The notes beneath the pieces were generated by a model, which saw nothing but the letters and a program-made list of their open reading frames with translations, had not been told where the DNA came from and ran no database searches. DNA of 56,561 nt from the NCBI GenBank assembly GCA_034780895.1, contig JAUZTB010000033.1, forward strand, positions 42,704,756-42,761,316, in the 5' to 3' direction. Made by a program: the position numbers and the translations under genes. The DNA is from Rhynchobatus australiae (Eukaryota). Within the stretch, counting starts at the first letter, position 1. Each line of letters starts with the position of its first letter. Of the stretch, positions 38,246 through 50,891 are shown one piece after another.

Positions 38246-39491
38246 CTCGCTCTTTAATAGAAGGACACCGACTTTATCTCCATTTCACCTGAAGATAATG
38301 CTTGGTCTTGGTCATCACCATCACCAAAGCTCTGGCATTAATTCTGGTGCCCGCTTAATTGTTGTTTGAACATTAGTGGATTACCTAGTGTTTTGCTAAT
38401 GGTGTCCCCATTCAACTGCTACGAATATTTCATGATTCTGTCTAGTGGTTTCTCCTGTTATACACAGCAGACAAAAAAGAGAATTAAAATGAGGACGGGC
38501 TGTGTTCTTCATCCAATTTATGATCATAGGTTGCAATTCAAACTGGCAGAAGATTTGTTGAAAGTTCCATGCAGTGCAATTAATGAGGGGGTTTGATGCT
38601 TTATTGACATTGGATTTGGTCCTTGGTTATAATAGTTCAGGGAAATTAATAAACAGACATGCTCACGGTTTGGGTTCTTTGTTGAGTTCATGTGTTCAGG
38701 ATATAACTTCTATCCTGGTTATTCCAGTGTTGCTGTCTTACGAGGGGTCGATCGTGACGATAGTTACTTTGAAATGCGGTGCCCGTGACGTTCTCATGGG
38801 AACAGGGTATGAGTAAACTGAATTCGATGAATATCTCCAAAACAAAGGGCAAAATAATTATTCAGGTCAGTCCACGGATCGCAAAATTTTTTGGCGTTTA
38901 AACATGTTATACGCTTGTGTCGTCATTCATAACTCGTAAATTAATTGCATATTAAATGTTTAACTGAACGCCATTAACTGATGGCATCGCCTTTATTCTT
39001 CTGGCCTATGGCTGCATATATTTGCTAACACATTTTTACGTGGAGGACATTAATGACTAGTCAAGCAAGTTACCCGGTCTGTTTTTCTTTTGTGCGGAGA
39101 GTGCCTTTTCGTGCTTCTCGGACATTATGTACGTTTGATCATTTTGCTTCAGTTCGCAAGGGCCATGATTGTCATGGTTCTGGGTACTGGCTCCTTTGAT
39201 ACCTTGTTGTACAGCACATGGATCCCATGCTTGACTGTTTGCATAACGACACACACCTGAGCCCCGTCAGGGGCCTAGCATCGGTACCTGGGTTTCTCTA
39301 GCACTAGTTGCCAGAGTATCGGTCAACCTTCGGGTATACTCGGGCTCTCGGCTGCTTAGAGAGGTCAACTCCAGAGCGGTCCTGCGTTCTCTGTTCCTCT
39401 TTGAATATCCAGTTCGTGCTGGGATCCCTCCTCAGACCTCCGAGGCAAAAGATTCCTTCCAGTCGCTGCCTGTGTTCGGTCCCGAGGAAGC

Positions 39492-39683
39492 GTCCTGACT
39501 CCAGTCTCGTACCAGTGTGCCGCGTTTGGGTTTTCTGNNNNNNNNNNNNNNNNNNNNNNNNNNNNNNNNNNNNNNNNNNNNNNNNNNNNNNNNNNNNNNN
39601 NNNNNNNNNNNNNNNNNNNNNNNNNNNNNNNNNNNNNGTCCTGACTCCAGTCTCGTACCAGTGTGCCGCGTTTGGGTTTTCTG
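39492..39683. repeat. Identical 46-nt direct repeat on both sides of a 100-N gap (tandem repeat or contig overlap)
   Basis: gtcctgactccagtctcgtaccagtgtgccgcgtttgggttttctg at 39492-39537 and 39638-39683. Confidence 0.8.
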
Positions 39684-40179
39684 TGAGCTTGCTCTCTGCT
39701 CAACATCGTGACGATAATTGAAGATTGAATCGAGTTTTATCATTGTACGTCTTCACACTCGGCAAAACAAAGGCTGAAGCTGCAAGAATAGGCCTGACGC
39801 GAGGGCAATTAATTTCCAATACGGCCACTTACCTAATACCGAGATATAAGTCTGGTATCCAGTAGTATTCTCAAACGCGATGCATGCCAGTGGAAGTTGG
39901 GCCAAATCGCGGAGGAATTTTGTCCCTATAAAATAGACAGCAAACTTAAGTGCAGCTTTCGGCTCTGAGTAGTAACCAGGAGGCCCCCAGTGGCTCAAAT
40001 ATCTGCAAGCAAATAACATTAAAATCAGAAGATATTTACTTGTCCTGTCAGGTTCTGGAATTCCTGCAGACTTCTGGATTTCCCGGTATTACCCATTGTC
40101 CACAGAGACATCTGGCAAATGGTGTCGAGGGTCAATTAAGTAGCAGGCGTTTCCCCCGCTCCTCCCGAATTGTAATCGT

Positions 40180-40330
40180 TCAAGTTCCAGTTTATTGTCA
40201 TAGGCATACATACTCAGGGTACAAATACCGTGAAAATTATCTTTTTGCGGCAGCGTCACATTACATGACGAGGATAAACGTGTTCACGTAAACTTAAATC
40301 ATACATGACGTACACACGTGCAAGTGAAGC
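40180..40330 (-). mobile_element. Non-LTR element 3' end related to the 1906/18869 family
   Basis: caagttccagtttattgtcat..gtac..gtgaaaatt; minus strand reads ..atgacaataaactggaacttg. Confidence 0.5.
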
Positions 40331-40429
40331 AACAAAATAAACGTAACGGCACTAGTGCAAGGCCATGAGCAAATCGAACACTGCCTGGGGAAATCCCAGA
40401 AAATGACAATCTGCATAACTGGTTGCAGC

Positions 40430-40976
40430 TGCCTGTCCCTCAGGGATTGGAGGTGACGCATTGGCACGAAGTGAGAGTTGTTTCACGGACTGGCGACGGA
40501 GGAGCAATAAACAAGTAATTTTTTTGAGTGGAAAGCTAAGACCAGACAGGTGCTTCTGATCCCAGCCGTCAAAGATCCGTATCGATGATTTGGACGAGGG
40601 GGCCGAGCGTAACGTGCCGAGGTTTGCTGATGCGGAGCAGGAGGCAGTGTGGGTTGCGAGGAGGATGCGGAGAGGTTTCTTGAAGATGGAGGAAGCGTAG
40701 CCGAGCGGGCGAGGACATCGTTAATGGAATATAATAGACAAAAAAGTGAGTGCGTTGACTATGGAGATGAAATAGCGAAGCATTCTTCAGATGGTGATAA
40801 ATTGAAAGGTTCAAAGGGACCTGAGTGTCCTTGTACCCAAATCTCTGGCAGTTAACAGACAGATACAGCAGCCTGTTAAGAAAGGCGAACAACTTGTCGG
40901 TCCTTGTAGCAAGAGGATTTTAAGACCAAGATTATTCCAGTTATATAGGGTCCTGGTGAGAGCTGATTTGGGATGT
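40430..40976 (+). mobile_element. CR1 RT fragment running into an N gap
   Basis: gatgatttggacgagggggccgagcgtaacgtgccgaggtttgctgatgcg (DDLDEG..RFADA) and agggacctgagtgtccttgtac (RDL.VLV). Confidence 0.8.
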
Positions 40977-41755
40977 NNNNNNNNNNNNNNNNNNNNNNNN
41001 NNNNNNNNNNNNNNNNNNNNNNNNNNNNNNNNNNNNNNNNNNNNNNNNNNNNNNNNNNNNNNNNNNNNNNNNNNNNNNNNNNNNNNNNNNNNNNNNNNNN
41101 NNNNNNNNNNNNNNNNNNNNNNNNNNNNNNNNNNNNNNNNNNNNNNNNNNNNNNNNNNNNNNNNNNNNNNNNNNNNNNNNNNNNNNNNNNNNNNNNNNNN
41201 NNNNNNNNNNNNNNNNNNNNNNNNNNNNNNNNNNNNNNNNNNNNNNNNNNNNNNNNNNNNNNNNNNNNNNNNNNNNNNNNNNNNNNNNNNNNNNNNNNNN
41301 NNNNNNNNNNNNNNNNNNNNNNNNNNNNNNNNNNNNNNNNNNNNNNNNNNNNNNNNNNNNNNNNNNNNNNNNNNNNNNNNNNNNNNNNNNNNNNNNNNNN
41401 NNNNNNNNNNNNNNNNNNNNNNNNNNNNNNNNNNNNNNNNNNNNNNNNNNNNNNNNNNNNNNNNNNNNNNNNNNNNNNNNNNNNNNNNNNNNNNNNNNNN
41501 NNNNNNNNNNNNNNNNNNNNNNNNNNNNNNNNNNNNNNNNNNNNNNNNNNNNNNNNNNNNNNNNNNNNNNNNNNNNNNNNNNNNNNNNNNNNNNNNNNNN
41601 NNNNNNNNNNNNNNNNNNNNNNNNNNNNNNNNNNNNNNNNNNNNNNNNNNNNNNNNNNNNNNNNNNNNNNNNNNNNNNNNNNNNNNNNNNNNNNNNNNNN
41701 NNNNNNNNNNNNNNNNNNNNNNNNNNNNNNNNNNNNNNNNNNNNNNNNNNNNNNN

Positions 41756-41835
41756 TCAATGTACTGATGTGATGAAATGACCACGCAAAACAATGTTTTT
41801 CACTGTACCTCGGTGCATGTGACAATAGTAAACCA
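41756..41835 (+). mobile_element. Non-LTR retrotransposon 3' end (family of 1906/18869), forward orientation
   Basis: ttttcactgtacctcggtgcatgtgacaatagtaaaccaat is the reverse complement of the 18880-18920 block. Confidence 0.75.
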
Positions 41836-42429
41836 ATTTGTCGACTTATTGGTTTATATAAATAAATGGAGTTGAGGTACAAGTTAAGCCTCGGTCCTAC
41901 TTCTATTTCTTTTCGGTACATACTGATACTACCTGCGTTACGTGTGCTCTCAGACGCATGCGCGGACGCACTCTGTATTCTCCGACAAGTCCTGAATGTG
42001 ATCAATGACCATCGTAGTGACGTACTGCCGAGCCAAGAAAAAAGAATGTAACGCTTGTGGTGAGTAACATTTCTACTTGCTGTTTATTCTTGCGCTCCCT
42101 CATTCCTGACATTTCTTTTTAAAAAGAAGACAAAATGATTTTTTTCTTTTCTTCGGTTTGCCCGATGACAGATGCGAAGTGATTCAGACTCTGGTTGGAA
42201 TTATCCTCAGTACTAGCAGTCATCGAAGTGATGACAATTCCAGAAAAGCAGTGTATGGCACAGTGCCTGTGTTCTCTCCAAACACAGAGACTGATTTATC
42301 TTACTTGAAACTGAAGCTCTGATTCCATGTTGCTTCACCAATAATGTACCAAGCGTGTCAATTTTGGCCTCCTTAGCAAACGCTATGAATTGTATCTGTC
42401 CTAATGTAGAAACAGATCAGTTAGCCTGA

Positions 42430-42557
42430 AGCCGTTTCCCACTCCCGCGCCGACCCGTCCGCCCTCTGCCTTGCAAACTGGAGGAACCACACCTCATATT
42501 CCGCCAGGGTGAGGCCCAACGCAAACTGGAGGAACAACACCTCATATTCCACCTGGG
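42430..42557 (+). mobile_element. Penelope GIY-YIG C-terminal fragment with a 48-nt tandem duplication entering a gap
   Basis: gcaaactggaggaa(c/a).acacctcatattcc at 42473 and 42521; encodes KLEEPHLIFRQGEAQ-RKLEEQHLIFHLG. Confidence 0.75.
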
Positions 42558-45154
42558 NNNNNNNNNNNNNNNNNNNNNNNNNNNNNNNNNNNNNNNNNNN
42601 NNNNNNNNNNNNNNNNNNNNNNNNNNNNNNNNNNNNNNNNNNNNNNNNNNNNNNNNNNNNNNNNNNNNNNNNNNNNNNNNNNNNNNNNNNNNNNNNNNNN
42701 NNNNNNNNNNNNNNNNNNNNNNNNNNNNNNNNNNNNNNNNNNNNNNNNNNNNNNNNNNNNNNNNNNNNNNNNNNNNNNNNNNNNNNNNNNNNNNNNNNNN
42801 NNNNNNNNNNNNNNNNNNNNNNNNNNNNNNNNNNNNNNNNNNNNNNNNNNNNNNNNNNNNNNNNNNNNNNNNNNNNNNNNNNNNNNNNNNNNNNNNNNNN
42901 NNNNNNNNNNNNNNNNNNNNNNNNNNNNNNNNNNNNNNNNNNNNNNNNNNNNNNNNNNNNNNNNNNNNNNNNNNNNNNNNNNNNNNNNNNNNNNNNNNNN
43001 NNNNNNNNNNNNNNNNNNNNNNNNNNNNNNNNNNNNNNNNNNNNNNNNNNNNNNNNNNNNNNNNNNNNNNNNNNNNNNNNNNNNNNNNNNNNNNNNNNNN
43101 NNNNNNNNNNNNNNNNNNNNNNNNNNNNNNNNNNNNNNNNNNNNNNNNNNNNNNNNNNNNNNNNNNNNNNNNNNNNNNNNNNNNNNNNNNNNNNNNNNNN
43201 NNNNNNNNNNNNNNNNNNNNNNNNNNNNNNNNNNNNNNNNNNNNNNNNNNNNNNNTGCAGGTATTATTTATTTTCCAGAAACATGCTATCTGGTTATTTT
43301 AATTTTTGACTTGCTTCCACCGATTCTACGTGCACTATTTTAATCACACACTGGAAAGAAAATATTTGGAACTTTTTATCAAATGACACACAAGATACAG
43401 GGTTAGCATTTAAATTGAGGGAGGATGGGACTCTATGATAAATACTGTTTTAAATACCTTTCACGGTCGTGCGCTAATCATTTAAAAAAAAATCAACCTC
43501 CTAAATACATCATTAAGCAGGATATAGCCTAAGTTCAGTTTCGTTCAGCATTCTTGCCTTGAAAAAGGCACAGTTCACAATTCAGATTAAGACCGCAAGG
43601 GTTGCCTGGATGTGAGATTGTTGAGCTGAACCCTTTCTCGTCGGGGGTGGAAATCTTTCTCTGCAGATCCATTAATTAATCCACCTAAAATGTCAAAACC
43701 ATTATTCGCCATGTAATTTTTATTAGTATCATGTTAAATTACTTAATAAGAGCTGATGGATTTAATATTTTATCACAGAAAATTATTTATGATAGTCACA
43801 CGTATTTGTATAGCAATGAGNNNNNNNNNNNNNNNNNNNNNNNNNNNNNNNNNNNNNNNNNNNNNNNNNNNNNNNNNNNNNNNNNNNNNNNNNNNNNNNN
43901 NNNNNNNNNNNNNNNNNNNNTGACGTTACATTGCGACGGGGAATAATTTGGACCTCGTATCTGAGTGAAAGAAAAAATAACCTTGACAAAAGTAAACTGG
44001 AAATGAGCAGCAGCTTCCTCGGCATTTTGACGGCCAAATATCGTTCAGTGCTTTGGGTGGAGAAACATCATCTGTACCTCGACTCCAGTCGTCTTTCATT
44101 GTGCTGAAGTGGTGAGCGATTCTCTAACGTTTGGGACTGAAAACCAAAGCAAATCGTCCATCCTTAATCTCCAATTGTTTGTTGTTTTCATTATGGGCCG
44201 TCTTCATCCAAGTACCATCCATTGTGTAATGTTGCAGAGTTTTCCTATTTCTCTGCAGAGCTCTTTATCTGAACTACAGTTGTATGTTGTCAGTTAAGAA
44301 GTGAGTAGTTTTGGTTTAAGTGACAGTTTACTTATTATATTAAACAAATTAGGCATCTCGATGGCCATTTTTTCCATCAGTTTGGATCTGCTGTTCCCAG
44401 ACACGTCACCTTCAGCTTGAAAGATTTACAATATTCTTCAGGGGGAATGTCAAAGCAAACATATCGTTGGTGCTTCATCCATAATATTGGCGTTTTCAAT
44501 TTGAGAGCAGAGCCAAGTTCTTGCACGTCAGTTTGTTATTTGCTTTCATTCTGTATCAGTTCAATCCGTTGTACTTAATCGCTCTGCAGAAATCAAGCTT
44601 CATCCAAGTAAGCTGTTCTTCCATTGAATGTGCTTTTCATCTGGCGGGTTACAATAGATCCCTCTCCAAGGAGCAATCTTCCACGAACCAGAGGCAGACA
44701 TTTTTATACCATCTAGTAGATATAGCAGAAGGGATTGAGCCGTTCTTTTTAAACTATATTTAAATATACGTTCGATGAGCATGCACACTTTTGACAAGTT
44801 AATAAATGTCAAATGAAGGGAAAGTACGTTCCATCCTACGTGTTTTAATTGTCTTTCAATAAAATGTTACGCTGCCAATAACAAGTGCGTAGAAGTGGAA
44901 TTCCATCTTTCTCTTTGGAGAACGGATAAGAGAAGTTTCTTTTTGTTGGTGATTCACATTTCACGTAGCTAATTCTTTGCACCAAAAGAACCACCTTAAA
45001 ATATATGACGAATGGATACTTCACATTGGGATTTGTAGCAAAGAACAATGCACTCTGTAAAACTCGGAAGCGTGTGCCTACTTAGAATGTGGTAGCTGAG
45101 TGGATTCGGTGCAGTCTAATTGTCCAACCTGTCTACCAGTGGTAATATTGCTTT

Positions 45155-45827
45155 TGTTACGGACCAGGTTGCTCTTTGGTGAATGTCCCTTTAAAATATA
45201 GTACGGCAGAGTAGTACTGAGTGTGTGGTGTTGTCACGACAGCAAGATAACAACGTGCTGACGTTTTTTGCTCAGTGAGGAGAGAGAGAGAGAGAGAGAG
45301 AGCGACACTGACTGCTGGTCTCTGTATCGATGGATGAAGAACAATAACGGTGTCTGTCACTACGATCCACGTATGGATTTTTGGAGTAATCCACTGGAGT
45401 CCACTTTGTCGTTAATCTGTAGCGGGAAACAGGTATTTCTGTGGACGGTCACGTGCGGGGTGTCAGATACTTCAGAACAAAGCAGTGGAGATCATCGGCG
45501 ATTGAAGTGTCGTATGGGTTCCTTCGTGGAACATGTGGATTTTGTCATTTCTGTCTATTCTCTCTCTGCACTGTCTCTTCAGTCAGCGGTGGTTTTGTAG
45601 AAACCTTTGCTCGCGTTTCACCTTGCGACTTGCTGAACTGAACTTTGAGAACAACTCCCGGACTTGGAGTTTGGGAATTTGCCACGCCCACTCTTCGTTC
45701 AGTTTTGGGGGTTATTGTTTAATATCTAACGTTTTTGCTTTTCTTATCATCGTGAGTGGTTGTGAATAAAATAGTTCTCGACACCGAACGTGACTCGGTG
45801 TGTTTCTTTTGTCGCTGGTACGTGACA
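45155..45827 (+). mobile_element. Solo LTR (673 bp) with 4-bp target-site duplication, Gypsy- or ERV-type
   Basis: TGTTACGGACCAG ... CTGGTACGTGACA (TG..CA, 11/13 inverted match), flanked by CTTT at 45151-45154 and 45828-45831; AATAAA at 45765-45770. Confidence 0.88.
45281..45302. repeat. (AG)11 microsatellite inside the solo LTR
   Basis: Direct reading of the sequence. Confidence 0.95.
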
Positions 45828-46969
45828 CTTTCACGCACCGAAGGAGAGAGTGGCTGGAGACAGAGCTTCATCCTGGTGTAGCTCACAGCGATCTCCCCAG
45901 CGATCCAAGCTCAGAGACCACTGGTCCTGCACTTGGACATAGGGCATCATCCATGTCCTCCCTTCACCACCCCAGTCAGTAACGCTGACCAAAAGATTTC
46001 ATTGGTCAATGCTACGGTATTGCACATCCCTAGCTTTTCATTTCAGTGCGCCATCGGGATCGCGCCACTGTTAGCTGATTTTAACAAAGAGCCTGAACCA
46101 CGTCGAAGNNNNNNNNNNNNNNNNNNNNNNNNNNNNNNNNNNNNNNNNNNNNNNNNNNNNNNNNNNNNNNNNNNNNNNNNNNNNNNNNNNNNNNNNNNNN
46201 NNNNNNNNGTCGAAGAGAAAGGCACGCAGACACGGCACGATGCGAACAGACGACGTGCAGGCCGAACAGAAATATAAAGGCAAACGCGGCACATCCACGA
46301 GCAACCGTTGCAGAATGGTGAAGGTACGGGATTTTCACTCTGGAAGGATAAAACAAACGAATGATGTTAAAATTCATTCTGGTTAAAAAGATGAAAATCC
46401 TTAAATGACAGATCTATCCCTTATTCAAAGAATCGTGCTTATAATAGGCATTTCTGAACTCAACGTGTTCACTCCATGCTCCGGACACACAGTATCTAAT
46501 GGTTGCCTCTGAAGAGCTCTTACGTGGCTCATTATATAACCGTGTATATTTGGTAAAGGATTATTCCACGTACAAAGAATAATTCGACCGCTTGCTCAGC
46601 CTCTGTCTACTGATGTTATCAAATTGAGTATTAACTAATTTCAAGACCTCACAAATGCACTGTCAGTTTACAGGCCACTGTAAACTTGCCAGAAAGCTTA
46701 TAAGCGCAGAGTTTACAAGATGAAAATAGCCTTCTCAAGAAGAAATTAAAGACTTCGTGCTATTAATTTAACATTAAAATAAGCATATTCGATTCAAAGC
46801 AACTCGGTTAAATACATATTCTATGACGCTGGAATGAATTGCCGATGGTGTACTTTGATCTTGTATGGTTGTACCGCACTATAATCTTCTCAAAAGGAAT
46901 TATCAAGTGGCAAGAATTTCTACAAATCCCGACCTTTCTCATCATCGAAGCTAACCACTTTCTACCTCT

Positions 46970-47370
46970 GTCGTATCACCTGTCACTTCCCCGACACTGG
47001 ATTTCTGTTACCGAAGCCTTCGTGCATACATTTCTTAACTCCGCACTCGAGGACATCAATGCCATCGTCGTCAGCTTCGCATCTTGCACGTCGCGTGGGC
47101 TCAAGCTCATCCGAAATTCTGCTTCTCGTAGCACCGAGACCCAGTGACCTACCACCCAGATGCTTGATAACTTACAATAATTCCCAGTTCAACTGCACCT
47201 GGAATTTCCCCCCCAAACCATTCCTCTCCGCCCTGCTCATTCAAAACATTCCTCATAGATAGCCATGTTGTCATTTGTCTGATTTTGTTTTTCTCTCTGT
47301 CAATGTTTCTACGAACCGCTTTGAGATGTCTTATTACAATAAAATCACTCTGCTTTTCATTGTTATTACT
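46970..47370 (+). mobile_element. L2 3' fragment
   Basis: Peptide EAFVHTFLNSALEDINAIV..LKLIRNSASR (L2-like LVHAF..SRLDY.N...LQ..QN.AAR) and tail cgctttgagatgtcttattacaataaaa. Confidence 0.65.
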
Positions 47371-49509
47371 TTCACTGTTGGAGGCTTATAATGTTATTGC
47401 TTTAGGTCTAATGTTTACTTAAGACCGGTCTATTTCACTTTCTCCATGAATGAAATATAATGTGCAAATATGACAATATCTAGCCACACATCGTGATCGA
47501 AGAATAATATCAAGGTGTATGTTTTTAGTTGATTTGCACGATCAAAAATATTCCAAATAATGTATTATGTAAAAATCTCATTTTAGATTTAATCAATACA
47601 AATGCTGCATCTTTCTCATTTGTCTGTTTAATTAGTGACGCAGCAGAGAAATTCATAAACTGACTTTCGTTAAGGAATATTCAAAAACCCAAATTAGACA
47701 GCGGCATCGTAAGTTTGAATTGCAGTGTTTAAAGGAAAGAATGCATCTTGTGAGCCGACAGAAACGTGAGTTCTGCACTTTTCTGCATTTGGCTGACTTT
47801 ACAGAGGAGTTGTTGTTTTTCTCAAAGATCGCGCTGCTTTCAAATGTAAGGCGAAAACACAGTTGTCGCAGCCGATAACCGGTTCTGCCTCATGACGGTC
47901 AGAAGGTGTGTTGACTGTGTTCCTTTGTACTCGTCTTCGCGAACGAGTGACAGTAAGTGGCGGTTTGCTTTCATTTTGTTGGTTTAGCTCTTGAAGTTAT
48001 TGAACTTCCGTGTTGGATGTCTGGCACTTTGCAGTGAAAGTAACTTTCATATCTTAATCCCCTTGGATTTCAGAATGCAGTTCAGATTCTTGTACCTCGG
48101 TTCCTTCGCTGGTTTTTGCCACCTGACGTTGCCTTTGAGAGAATCGATAGAACAAACGACACGTGCCGACTGGCTCATTGTAGGAGTTATCCAAAAATAA
48201 AGAGCAGGATAAGGGCAAAATGGTGAAACGGGAAGCACGTATATCTCTTCCGGGGAGCTCGTCCTGATATCTGTGAGATCGTGGTCAGGCTCTCGTGTTT
48301 GAGGTGCCACGTTCACTGCTTTTGAAGAGCTGTGATGGTGTCCATCATCACAGATCTATTTCCATGCAACGCTGAGCCAGAACAATCCAATTAAAAGAAT
48401 TTGTTATATCCTTCGGCTATTTTCTCAAACAAATTATTTCCAGTTCTGCACTATCTCCAGTCTTTTCACCGTGACAATAGGTCTACTGGTATCCAGTGGT
48501 TCCTTGGGGGAACGAGGTGTAACGATTGGCGATCCTCACCGCAGCTCCCTGCGCCTCCAACTTTTGACCGTGTACATAGCTTCACCTGATTCCACTCGGA
48601 CTGATTGCTTGGCTTTTTACCTTGTATTGCACGTGGATTTTATTAAATTGTACGAATACAAATAGTATTGTTTATGTCGACTAGATTCTTATTTCTTTGC
48701 CTTGTGCAATTAATGATTTTCTTTTTCCTCGCACAGAACAGCTTTAATTCGTTAGTAATTCAGCAGTGCGGCTTTCAACATCGTGATTTCATTCATTAGC
48801 TCTACGGTTTATACTTTGGGGGATTTTAAAGATAAATTTCTTAATCTTGTTTCCATCCCCAATATCTGAATTGCTGATGTCAACAAACCTAATTACATTT
48901 GTTCCTCAAAATGAAGGATGGATTAATTAATCCCCAATTAACATGGCAGCTGTGAGACATTTCAATACAATTTCAATTTCACTGCTATAAAGTTTAAGAT
49001 TTCTCCAATTGAAAGTACGTAACTTACAAGTAGTTTATTGTGATATCTATGTTCTGGAGTGAATTAGGAATGGCTGAAGGAAATGATTTTACATTTAAGA
49101 ACACGATGCTCAGTAAATTGAGCTTTCCTCCCCACGAAATTTAGATGTGGAGTTAAAAGAATGGAGTTTGCTAGGAACTTCACTGATTTTTGTGTAGAAC
49201 TCTTGATTTCGTGGACACTTGCAGCTCACGTCGAGCCAACTACCTTCTTGGTGTTATTGTTTCAATTCGATTGGAAGGAAAGGCGAGGTAGTGACCCAGC
49301 AGGTTTGTCCACGAATAACGTATCAGCCTTTGCTCGGTTGCCACACTCGTGCTTCCGAATCGGTTATCGGTTCAGGCTCCATTCCGGGGATTTGCGGACG
49401 TAATTCGGAGAGGCGCGTCAGCGTGACGCCGAGGGCGCGTCGTGCACTTTCGGAGCAGTGGCATTTGGATATGGCCTCTCCTGTAGGGTCTAGCTCGATT
49501 ATACCTGGA

Positions 49510-49860
49510 GCAGACTAGTTACTTAAGGAAGGGAATATGTAGTGAATCAGACTGATCAGGAGGAAGGAAAGGGTGAGGATACAGCAGGTTAGGGTATTAG
49601 ATTGAGGATGCGATCCTTTAATTGTGACTGGTTGGGAAGGGAAGAAACTCGAGTGCAGTTCAGAGCAGCTCGCGGAGGCGGAGGACAGGTACAGGTCGGC
49701 GTAGTCAGGAACAGCTGGCACAGTTTGGAGAGGTCGGTTAGGTGGCTGAAGGTGGGAGAGCCTTGGCTGAGGGGAGCATTGACGGATTGTAGCACGTGGG
49801 TGGACTACTAGAGGTTAGGAGGGTGAACTTCAATGCCGCCGGTAGAAATGGGATGGGGGA
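49510..49860 (-). mobile_element. Probable L2 fragment
   Basis: Strong G/A bias on the + strand, as in other antisense L2 pieces (22690-23010, 23500-23770); no diagnostic intact motif. Confidence 0.4.
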
Positions 49861-50269
49861 AAAGTTGATGATCGGCAGAGACCTCGAGCTATTTGATTTG
49901 CTCGGCAATGAAATGAAAGCTCATTTATCGGCCTGAGATGCGTTTGTGAGAGGGCTTCTTTCTTGCACTCGACCGTTTGGGTTCTTCCATTCCTATATAT
50001 CTATCTCAAATCTGCTTGAAATAGCAGTTGTGATTATTTATTTGTCGGCGATTTGAGTTATGCCTTTTAGAAAATCGTCACGTATGTTCCATCCTTGAGC
50101 TAAACTGTAATTGTTCTTGCGCGCGTCGAAAGAGGGTGCAAGAGCAGGGAGGCCTGGAATTAACATACTTGTCCCATTGAGATCCCGTCGAAGAGTTAAG
50201 GCTGTTTAAAAACGGTTGAGTTTGATGCAGTACGGCAATGAGTGCAAAAGCAGATTCCGCACGGAACAT

Positions 50270-50770
50270 GACGATTTGGCGGTTAGGACCCTCTGATGCA
50301 TCACGGCCAATTGCTGGCACCAAACTTTATGAAAGACATCACGACCTTGGAAAAAGCGCAGCAGAGATTTAGCGGAAGGACGTGAAGGACTTTTGTTACC
50401 TGCCGAGCTACGTAAACTGGTGCTGTTCTCCTTGGAGCAGAGAGGATTGAGAGATTTTAATAGAGGTGTTTCAAATGTTGAAAGGTCCCGATGGAGTAAG
50501 ATACGTTTCAACTCGCAGAAGAATTTGTAATTGGAGTGCAAAGATTTTAAATGATCGGGAAGAGAATCAGGCGAGGGCAAGAATTGTCGCGGTGCAGCGC
50601 GTCACGATGGTCTGGAGGGCAAGGCTGGAGCGAGCGGCTCGAGCAGACTCATGGCGACTTCTGAAAAGGAATCGAATAAATGGAAAAGATTGAAATGGGA
50701 ATAATTAGATAACTCTTTCGATCAGTTGGCACTGTTACGACGGGCTATGACCTTACACTCGCGCAGAACA
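50270..50770 (+). mobile_element. CR1 3' end
   Basis: ccttggaaaaagcgcagcagagattt..ctgttctccttggagcagagaggattgagagattttaatagaggtgtttcaaatg (LEK.Q.RF..LFSLEQR.L...IEVFQM). Confidence 0.82.
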
Positions 50771-50891
50771 TATCCAATAGTTTCAGATCAGACTTTGGCC
50801 AGAGAACAGATTATCACTCGTTCTTCAAACTTCAGTTTAAGTATGGAACCGGAGAGGTGTGTGCTAAGCTGTGTTTTCTTCTCCTTTGCAG

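Noticed and set aside
39492-39683. Direct repeat with spacer resembling a CRISPR unit
   Set aside because: The spacer is an N gap and this is a vertebrate genome. Similar gap-flanking duplications occur at 22598-22659 and 46102-46215, pointing to assembly overlap or collapsed tandem repeats.
42120-42323. Pyrimidine tract plus acag followed by an open frame, first considered as the missing AMBRA1 exon
   Set aside because: The peptide does not resemble AMBRA1, and the true intervening exon was found at 50892-50981.
40876-43309. Long ORFs of 264-354 aa in the ORF track
   Set aside because: Made almost entirely of X from N gaps; these are artefacts.
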